Under the pieces are notes generated by a model that saw only the letters and a program-made list of their open reading frames with translations, did no database searches and was not told the origin of the DNA. From Octopus sinensis (lineage: Eukaryota), in contig NW_021832951.1 of assembly GCF_006345805.1 (NCBI RefSeq), forward strand, positions 1 through 29,055: DNA of 29,055 nucleotides, read 5' to 3'. The translations under genes were made by a program, and so were the position numbers. Shown in pieces: positions 20,194-29,055 of this stretch. How positions within the stretch are numbered: position 1 is the first letter of the stretch; each line of letters starts with the position of its first letter.

Positions 20194-20926
20194 GTGAAGG
20201 CGCGTGGCTTAGTGGTTAGGGCATTCGGCTCACGATCGCAAGGTCGTGAGTTCAATTCCCGGCGACGCGTTGTGTCCTTGAACCAGACGCTTTATTTCAC
20301 GTTGCTCCAGTCCACTCAGGTGGCAAAAATGAGTAGTACCTGTATTTCAAAGGGCCAGCCTTGTCATGCTCTGTGTTACGCTGAATCTCCCTGAGAACTA
20401 CGTTAGGCGCAGGAGTGGCTGTGTAGTAAGTAGCTTGCTAACCAACAACATGGTTCTGGGTTCAGTCCCACTGAGTGGCATCTTGGGCAAGGTCTGTCTG
20501 CTATAGCCCCCCCGGGCCGACAATGCCTTGTGAGTGGATTGGTAGACGGAAACTGAAAGAACCTGTCGTATATGTGTATATATATTATATATGCGTGTAG
20601 TGTGTGTGTTTGTGTGTCTGTGTTTGTCCCCCTAGCATTGCTTGACAACCGATGCTGGTGTGTTTACGTCCCCGTCACTTAGCGGTTCGGCAAAAGAGAC
20701 CAATAGAATAAGTACTGGGCTTACAAAGAATATGTCCCGGGGTCGATTTGCTCGACTAAAGGCGGTGCTCCAGCATGGCCGCAGTCAAATGACTGAAACA
20801 AGTAAAAGAGTAAAAAGAGAGAGTATGTCTATGGAGTGCTCAGCCACTTGCACGTTAATTTCACGCGCAAGATTTTCCATTGACCGGATCAACTGGAACC
20901 CTCGTCGTTGTAATCGACGGAATGCA
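20194..20926 (+). mobile_element. SINE H2 + B2 + tail T1, split by a nested family D SINE
   Basis: 5' part 20194-20405 and 3' part ~20824-20926 are continuous with the T1 tail of 5560-5945. Confidence 0.88.
20406..20823 (+). mobile_element. SINE family D, full length, nested
   Basis: Aligns with the other D copies. Confidence 0.9.
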
Positions 20927-21094
20927 CCTTCCTTTTCTATTTTTTAAATCCTCAGTACATGTATAGTATTGGTGGCCTTTAGTTTAGTTTGAGACGTCCT
21001 ATGAGACGACCTACATAGATGAGGTGAGATAGTTTAGTTTATCGTTTGAATTTCATGTTTGTCATTCAACAGCTTGAATCATTTTCTCTTGCGG

Positions 21095-21253
21095 CATATA
21101 TAGAACAGGCTTCTCAGATTCCATCTAGACAAATCCAGTCACGAGACATTTTTTGGCCTAGGGCAACAGTAAAAGACACCTACTTTAGGTGCTGCGCAAT
21201 GAGCCGAGAACCATGTGGAGGGAAAGCCAACTTGTTACCGCACACCAACACCT
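21095..21253 (-). mobile_element. Highly diverged 5' half of a family D SINE
   Basis: Minus strand CAGGTGTTGGTGTGCGGTAACAAG..CCACATGGTTCTCGG..GGTGTCTTTTACT..GGATTTGTCTAGATGGAATCTGAGAAGCCTG. Confidence 0.6.
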
Positions 21254-21257
21254 GAGC

Positions 21258-21294
21258 CTATGTATGTATGTATGTATGCATGTATGTATGTATG

Positions 21295-21325
<31 letters not shown>

Positions 21326-21703
21326 GTATGTATGTATGTATGCATGTATGCATGTATGCATGTAAGTATGCATGTATGTATATATGTATGCATGTATGTA
21401 TGTATGTATGCATGTATGTATGTATGTATGTAAGTATGTATGTATGCATGTATGTATGTATGTATGTATGTAAGTATGTATGTATGTACGTATGTATGTA
21501 TGTATGTATGTATGTATGTATGTATGTATGTATGTATGCATGCATGTATGTATGTATGTATGTATGTATGTAAGTATGTATGTATGTACGTATGTATGTA
21601 TGTACGTACGTATGTATGTATGTATGTATGTATGTATGTATGTATGTATGTATGTATGTATGTATGTATGTATGTATGTATGTATGCGTGTATGTATGTA
21701 TGT
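21258..21703. repeat. (TATG)n microsatellite
   Basis: Direct reading. Confidence 0.97.
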
Positions 21704-22509
21704 AATAAACATTTACATAAATAAATAACGTGAAATACACGAAGGGACGAACAAAAAGACAAACGGGTCATTCAAAGCCTTCATTCTTCAGTCAGAAACT
21801 GATCCCTCATCGCAGATTTCGGCTGTTTAATTCTGAGATCCGCTCTGAATCAGCCAGCCACAGAAGGAAAGAATGCAACGCAACAGAGACGAACATGAAA
21901 CGAAAAATCTTTTTTGGAGACAGTAACGGTAAAAAACATGGATGACACAGGCGCCCTACGGCTTTGAGACAAAAAGAGAGACACAAAAACAATATCAGCA
22001 AGCGTGGAAAAATAATTACCTTTTCGGTGATAAGACACATGTTGAACAAGCGGCCGATGGAAACAGAAAGGCTGAGGCAGCAAGTCGCAAGAGGGTAAGA
22101 GAGAGAAGGGGGTAAGAGAGAGAGGGGACCAAGGAGAGAGGCGAGGACAGAAGCAGTGACCGAGAGAGAGAGGGAGAGAAGGAATCAGAGAAGACGCAGT
22201 GACCAAGAGAGAGAGGGAGAGAAGGAATCAGAGAGGCTGGGAGAAAAAGGCGCCAAAACAATTTGGCAACGAAGCAATGGCGAAGGAAAGAAAATAGTTT
22301 AAAGACATCGTACAGGGGTTTTGATATGATAAACATAAAGAAGTTATTATGCACGTACGCTGCGAAATATATAATAAACCTTTACATAAATAAATAACGT
22401 GAAATACACGAAGGGACGAACAAAAAGACAAATGGGTCATTCAAAGACTTCAGAAACTGATCCCTCATCGCAGATTTCGGCTGTTTAATTCTGAGATCCG
22501 CTCTCAATC
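21703..22509. repeat. ~140-bp direct repeat with a 669-bp period (21703-21851 and 22372-22509), unclassified
   Basis: TAATAAAC.TTTACATAAATAAATAACGTGAAATACACGAAGGGACG...CTGAGATCCGCTCT is present twice; the second copy has a short deletion. Confidence 0.9.
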
Positions 22510-22705
22510 GACTCTTCTCCTTCTCTGTGGTCATCGAAGCAAACAAAAATATAACTAAATACCCTTCAGAGATATATTTCAGTACTTAAAGAGCAACAGC
22601 GAGGTGAATGATTGAATTTAGGGTTAGAGTTACGTAAACCAGGAAAACAATCGGATACGTTCCAATGTAATGATTGAGGTAATTAGTGCAGTGGCTAATT
22701 ATTTT

Positions 22706-22797
22706 ATGTATGTAAGTATGTATGTATGTACGTATGTATGTATGTATGTATGTATGTATGTATGTATGTATGTATGTATGTATGTGTGTATGTCTAT
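22706..22797. repeat. (TATG)n microsatellite
   Basis: Direct reading. Confidence 0.95.
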
Positions 22798-22800
22798 GTC

Positions 22801-23176
22801 AGGTCACTTTCGAGTGCGACTGGTAACATGTAACCCGGTACAACTTGTTGCACGGTCGGGTCGTCGGCGACTAAACCGGCAACCCCTCCAAGCTTGCTTG
22901 ATGAGGAGCATGTTTATTGGACACCCTGAGGGATGAAAAACAAAACCCGTCAAAGGGCGGAGGAACTCTTGAGAGTCAACGGCCACCCAATACATGTCTT
23001 AAGGCTGTATCATGCGCGGGGACATAGAAATAATCGGACTGAATACCCGATCGCGCGGTTAAACCATTGGGAGTGAAGGACTCCTAGCCTTTGTTAGGGC
23101 ATCCTTCCAGGAGAAGGTAACTCAGGTAACTGGGATAACTCCGACATAAAACCTGCGGCTCAGGGGTTACCGATGA
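22801..23176 (+). mobile_element. Orphan structured leader resembling an RTE-clade 5' UTR
   Basis: GC-richer island with many hairpins. GGGCATCCTTCCAGGAGAAGGTAACTC...ATAAAACC resembles, from memory, the GGCAACC..AGGAGAAGGAAAACTC motif of RTE 5' UTRs. No ORF follows. Confidence 0.5.
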
Positions 23177-23349
23177 TGTTGACTTGTTCTTCTTTTCGGA
23201 TTATGGCTGCTGTTGCTTAGTGTGTGAGATTGACTCAGTGCACAGCCTTTCCTCACTTAAAAAAAAAATCTTCTTGCACAGGCATTGCACGATAACAACA
23301 TTGATTAAGCTTCGTGCAATGGCCATACTCGATAGAGGGGGCAGCCACC

Positions 23350-23351
<2 letters not shown>

Positions 23352-23382
<31 letters not shown>

Positions 23383-23926
23383 TGTATGTATGTAGCATGT
23401 ATGTATGTATGTATGTATGTATGTATGTATGTATGTATGTATGTATGTGTGTGTATGTATGTATGTATGCATGTATGTATGTATGTATGTATGCATGTAT
23501 GTATGTATGTATGTATGTATGTATGCATAGAGGTAAGTATGTATGTATGCATGTATGTATGTATGTATGTATGTATGTATAGAGGTAAGTATGTATGTAT
23601 GTATGTATGTATGTATGTGTATGTATTATGTATGTATGTATGCATGTATGTATGTGTGTGTGTGTATGTATGTATGTATGTATGTATGTATGTATGTATG
23701 TATGCATGCATGTATGTATGTGTGTGTATGTATGTATGTATGTATGTATGCATGTATGTATGTATGCATGTGTGTGTGTGTATGTATGTATGTATGTATG
23801 TATGCATGTATGTATGTATGTATGTATGCATGTATGTATGTATGTATGTATGTATGTATGTATGTATGTATGTATGTATGTATGTATGTATGCCTTTATG
23901 TATGTATGTATGCCTTTATGTATGTA
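23352..23926. repeat. (TATG)n microsatellite
   Basis: Direct reading. Confidence 0.97.
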
Positions 23927-24011
23927 TAAACGTGTATTTACGAACACTGGGGGTAGTGATCGATTTGCGTATATTGGGAAATAGAAGGACAAAGCAAAGT
24001 ATCTCCAGATA

Positions 24012-24449
24012 TTACTCTTTTTACTCTTTTACTTGTTTCAGTCATTTGATTGCGGCCATGCTGGAGCACCGCCTTTAGTCGAGCAACTCGACCCCGGGAC
24101 TTATTCTTTTTGTAAGCCCAGTACTTATTCTATCGGTCTCTTTTGCCGAACCGCTAAGTTACGGGGACGTTAACACAGCACCATCGGTTGTCAAGCAATG
24201 CTAGGGGGACAAACACAGACACACAAACACATACATACACACACACACATATATATATATAAGTAAGTAAATATATATATATACATATATACGACAGGCT
24301 TCTTTCAGTTTCCGTCTACCAAATCCACTCACAAGGCATTGGTCGGCCCGAGGCTATAGCAGAAGACACTTGCCCAAAGTGCCACGCAGTGGGACTGAAC
24401 CCGGAACCATGTGGTTGGTAAGCAAGCTACTTACCACACAGCCACTCCT
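24012..24449 (-). mobile_element. SINE family D, near full length
   Basis: Reverse complement of 20406-20823 apart from the central microsatellite. Confidence 0.92.
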
Positions 24450-24573
24450 AAATATATATCATATATGTAATATATCAATTAGCAAGAATGACCCCGAAGG
24501 CAATTATTGAATGGTTCAATGTATCAACAGAAAAAAATATATAACATGACTTGCAAGGAGTTTTATTTATTTA

Positions 24574-26705
24574 CTAGCAGTATAGCCCGGCATGGCTCGG
24601 GTTTGTTTTCTTTTCAACCCTTTAGAATTGGAATTTTTGAGAAGTAAAAATGTTGCATTATGTAGCTTGTTATTCTCTTTAAGTGAACATTTTTCTGGTT
24701 GAATACATTGAAAAATGGTGACACGCAGTCAAAAATCGTAAAAAATAGTGATAGAGTATAGCCGGCGTTGCTCGGGTTTGTTTTCTTTTCAACCCTTTAG
24801 AATTGGAATTTTTGAAAAGTAAAAATGTTGCATTATGTAACTTGTTATTCTCTTTAAGTGAACATTTTTCTGGTTGAAATACATTGAAAAATGGTGACAC
24901 AGCAGTCAAAAAATCGTAAAAAATAGTGATAGTATAGCCCGGCGTTGCTCGGGTTTGTTTTCTTTTCAACCCTTTAGAATTGGAATTTTTGAAAAGTAAA
25001 AATGTTGCATTATGTAACTTGTTATTCTCTTTAAGTGAACATTTTTCTGGTTGAAATACATTGAAAAATGGTGACACAGCAGTCAAAAAATCGTAAAAAA
25101 TAGTGATAGTATAGCCCGGCGTTGCTCGGGTTTGTTTTCTTTTCAACCCTTTAGAATTGGAATTTTTGAAAAGTAAAAATGTTGCATTATGTAACTTGTT
25201 ATTCTCTTTAAGTGAACATTTTTCTGGTTGAAATACATTGAAAAATGGTGACACAGCAGTCAAAAAATCGTAAAAAGTAGTGATAGTATAGCCCGGCGTT
25301 GCTCGGGTTTGTTTTCTTTTCAACCCTTTAGAATTGGAATTTTTGAAAAGTAAAAATGTTGCATTATGTAACTTGTTATTCTCTTTAAGTGAACATTTTT
25401 CTGGTTGAAATACATGAAAAATGGTGACACGCAGCATTCAAAAATCGTAAAAAATAGTGATAGTTAGCCCGGCGTTGCTCGGGTTTGTTTTCTTTTCAAC
25501 CCTTTAGAATTGGAATTTTTGAAAAGTAAAATTGTTGCATTATGTAACTTGTTATTCTCTTTAAGTGAACATTTTTCTGGTTGAAATACATTGAAAAATG
25601 GTGACACAGCAGTCAAAAAATCGTAAAATAGTGATAGTATAGCCCGCGTTGCTCGGGTTTGGTTTTCTTTTCAACCTTTAGAATTGGAATTTTTGAAAAG
25701 TAAAATGTTGCATTATGTAACTTGTTTATCTCTTTAAGTGAACATTTTTCTGGTTGAAATACATTGAAAAATGGTGACACAGCAGTCAAAAAATCGTAAA
25801 AAAAGTGATAGTATAGCCCGCGTTGCTCGGGTTTGTTTTCTTTTCAACCCTTTAGAATTGGAATTTTTGAAAAGTAAAATGTTGCCATTATGTAACTTGT
25901 TTTTCTCTTTAAGTGAACATTTTTCTGGTTGAAATACATTGAAAAATGGTGACACAGCTCAAAAATCGTAAAAAATAGTGATAGTATAGCCCGGCGTTGC
26001 TCGGGTTTGTTTTCTTTTCAACCCTTTAGAATTGGAATTTTTGAAAAGTAAAAATGTTGCATTATGTAACTTGTTATTCTCTTTAAGTGAACATTTTTCT
26101 GGTTGAAATAACATTGAAAAATGTGACACAGCAGTCAAAAAATCGTAAAAATAGTGATAGTATAGCCCGGCGTTGCTCGGTTTGTTTTCTTTTCAACCCT
26201 TTAGAATTGGAATTTTTGAAAAGTAAAAATGTTGCATTAAGTAGCTTGTTATTCTCTTTAAGTGAACATTTTTCTGGTTGAAATACACTGAAAAATGGCG
26301 ACAGAGCAGTGAAAAAAATCGTAAAAAATAGGGATTTTCATAGAAGAAAAGCACCTTTTTTATGTAAATAACTCAGAAGGTTAGGCCTCTAACCAGGCCA
26401 TTTGCAATACCTTTAAAGTATCTTTATTATGATCATGGTGATCTTACATAGAATGGGACAATACAGGACAAACAAAAGACAAAAATGTTACATGAGTTCG
26501 CATGATATAAAAATTACTTAAATAATATGTATTTTATATATCGATTTGAATATCTTCTTCTACGGAATGAAGAGCAAGGCTTCTTCTATCATACTCTCAA
26601 TTTTGGTCAAGTTGTGCCGCAGGGTTTCGGAGGAGATAGTGTTAGTTGAAGGCTACCAAGCCTGCCACACACACACACAGACAACTTCAGCTTTATGTGT
26701 ATAGA
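24574..26705 (-). mobile_element. Complete non-autonomous Helitron
   Basis: Minus strand: A|TCTATACACATAAAGC at the 5' end and the hairpin CCCGAGCCATGCCGGG + CTATACTG + CTAG|T at the 3' end. Inserted between A and T with no TSD. Confidence 0.9.
24581..26330 (-). repeat. Tandem array of 10 units of ~173-177 bp, each being the Helitron 3' terminal segment
   Basis: Units start at about 24581, 24757, 24933, 25110, 25287, 25464, 25638, 25812, 25985 and 26161; the 59-aa periodicity of ORF 24679-25437 agrees. Confidence 0.97.
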
Positions 26706-26931
26706 TTTTATTTTTATATATTTGATATCAGGTGATGAATGATTGTATCGTTGGATACAAGATTGCAAGAGATCAGTCGCTGGATTACTGCTTATGTTCC
26801 ACCGTGGCAGAACAAATATCTCACGGAACTTCGTAATGCACCAACTCCTTGGGTATATACAGTTTTTTTCTTAGTTTTGTAAAAATAAATTATATTCAGC
26901 CGTTTATACATCGGTGAAAGTTGTACACGTA

Positions 26932-27124
26932 TTCATATACACACACTCACATAAACACATACGTACATGTATACATACACTTACTTATATATACATACAT
27001 ATACATACACACACACACATATACAAATACATACGCACATACGCAAAAATATAGCTAACGCCTACGAAATGCGTAGAGTGCCTCTTTCTTTCGTTTGTCC
27101 CCTCACGCGTGTGTGTGTTTATAC

Positions 27125-27162
<38 letters not shown>

Positions 27163-27312
27163 ATACATATACATATATCTATATATATATATATGAATGT
27201 ATGTATGTATATGTATATATGTATGTATGAATGTATGTATGTATATATGTATATCTGTGTGTTCGTACACGCACATACATATATATGAGGTTGTATATAC
27301 GTGTATATATAT

Positions 27313-27354
<42 letters not shown>

Positions 27355-27366
27355 TATATATATTAT

Positions 27367-27407
<41 letters not shown>

Positions 27408-27466
27408 ATATGTATATATGTATATCTGTGTGGTATATATATTATGTATATCTCTATGTGTGTGTG

Positions 27467-27500
<34 letters not shown>

Positions 27501-27703
27501 CATATATACATCTATATATATATATACATATACATATCTCAGTGTGTGTGTATATATAATATATATATAATATATACATACACATATACATATATATATA
27601 CATATACATATACATATATATATATACAATACATATACATATATTATAATATAATACATACATATACATATACATATACATATATATATACATATAACAC
27701 ACA

Positions 27704-27748
<45 letters not shown>

Positions 27749-27756
27749 ATATATAT

Positions 27757-27795
<39 letters not shown>
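26932..27795. repeat. Compound (TA)n/(CA)n/(TG)n microsatellite
   Basis: Direct reading. Confidence 0.95.
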
Positions 27796-27796
<1 letters not shown>

Positions 27797-28249
27797 GCCA
27801 CACAGTCTGAGTGTCTTTGTATTGTTATCATTTTTTTTTTTACCTTACTTAGCCTCGCCTCTCCATTGAGTTACCATTATCACACTGATGCTATCTACCC
27901 GAAACCTACCCGGAACACCTCTCTATTTTAGATTAGAAGCCATTATTTGGCTTCTTTGTTGCTTGTGGTGAGGAAGACGGTGCTTTCGATATTTCCATTT
28001 AGTTTCCATCCGACTTTTGCTGCGTATTTTTTCAATGGAGTCCGCCTTTCGTATTCAGAATGCTTTCAACAGGATCTTAGGCAAACAAAACGAACTCACA
28101 CATACTGGCGTTCTCTTAAACGATTGGTTTGCTCCATGATAGGACTGTTTTATCTGCGAAACAATACCTCACTTTCTTTTCATTAGTAGTTTTGTTAGTT
28201 CTGCACAACAATGAACTACAGAAAAGCGAGAGGGCAGTATGCCTGCATT

Positions 28250-28250
28250 G

Positions 28251-28292
<42 letters not shown>

Positions 28293-28331
28293 ATATATAC
28301 ATACACATACATATTATATATATATATATAT

Positions 28332-28370
<39 letters not shown>

Positions 28371-28841
28371 TATATATATATATATAATATATATATATAA
28401 TATATATATATTTGACTTATATAGATGTATATATATATATTACATACATATCAATGTACATACGTACATACATACATATATAGAGAGAGAGATATATAAA
28501 CATATATATGGGGGCGTGTCTGCACCCATTATACAGCCTAAATCTATATCTGTATGTGTATGTGTCTTTGTAAATGTCTATTTATCAATCTCATGCGCAA
28601 ACACAAAGAGATACACTCATACATATATGAATATATATATATATATATAGTATATATAATATATATATATAATATATATATATTATATATATATGTATAT
28701 AATAGTAATATAAGGGTAAATAATTATTAATTTTAAAATCAACAATTATTACCGAGTAGATTTCGGCATGGAAATATAACCATTATCAGAAGGAACTTTT
28801 GCAAAAAGTTCATATATATTATATGTATATATATAATATAT

Positions 28842-28875
<34 letters not shown>

Positions 28876-28918
28876 ATATAATATATAATATATATATATA
28901 GATATATATATATATAAA
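28250..28918. repeat. (TA)n-rich tracts (28250-28510 and 28615-28918)
   Basis: Direct reading. Confidence 0.93.
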
Positions 28919-29055
28919 ATAGGGTAAGCAACAGGTTGCTTAGCCGCATACCGAAAATTTAGAAAGAGCAGTCAAAAACCGCGTCTTTCTATTTTCTACA
29001 AGTAACTCCACATATAACATATACACGGAACTCACTACGGAAAAGAAGGAAGGAT

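Noticed and set aside
21736-21772. Hammerhead-like ACGAAGGGAC...AAACGGGTC in the direct repeat; also CTGANGA matches at 12151, 15061 (minus), 19571 and 21785 (minus)
   Set aside because: They lack CUG, or GAAA, or a pairable stem II.
24679-25437. 252-aa ORF with a 59-aa repeat
   Set aside because: It results from 177-bp (multiple of 3) units of the Helitron array; neighbouring units are frameshifted.
24581-26330. CRISPR-like array
   Set aside because: Whole units repeat with no unique spacers, the context is eukaryotic, and there are no cas genes.
26365-26525. Possible insertion inside the Helitron bounded by TAAATAA
   Set aside because: A 7-bp AT-rich direct repeat is expected by chance, and no second copy is in the window for comparison.
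2259-28949. Dozens of long ORFs in the track (YI, MYVC, HTYI, YLSI, poly-K/E/R)
   Set aside because: They are translations of microsatellites that lack stop codons; there is no domain-like complexity.

Overview
AT-rich eukaryotic non-coding DNA with no intact protein-coding gene, rRNA, tRNA gene or CRISPR array that I can support. The repeat families match my recollection of Octopus (coleoid cephalopod) repeats; this is an inference and was not checked against a database. The window is a dense mosaic of microsatellites ((TA)n, (CATA)n/(TATG)n, (TCTA)n, (TTA)n, CT tracts), which explain almost all ORFs in the supplied track, and of mobile elements. These are: about 20 copies or fragments of tRNA-derived SINEs built from shuffled modules; an RTE LINE 3' end (11603-12063) inserted into a fossil Helitron helicase; a short bipartite RTE derivative; an orphan RTE-like 5' leader; an RLE-type retrotransposon 3' end sitting in (CATA)n; a MITE with 31-bp TIRs and an 8-bp TSD; and a complete non-autonomous Helitron (24574-26705, minus) whose 3' terminator region is amplified into a 10 x ~176-bp array. 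The most interesting signals are a minimal hammerhead ribozyme motif at 16799-16833 (minus), the Helitron terminator array, structured or ribozyme-like RTE leaders, and the 2x2 body/tail shuffling among SINEs. Family names rest on recalled consensus motifs and hand alignment only.
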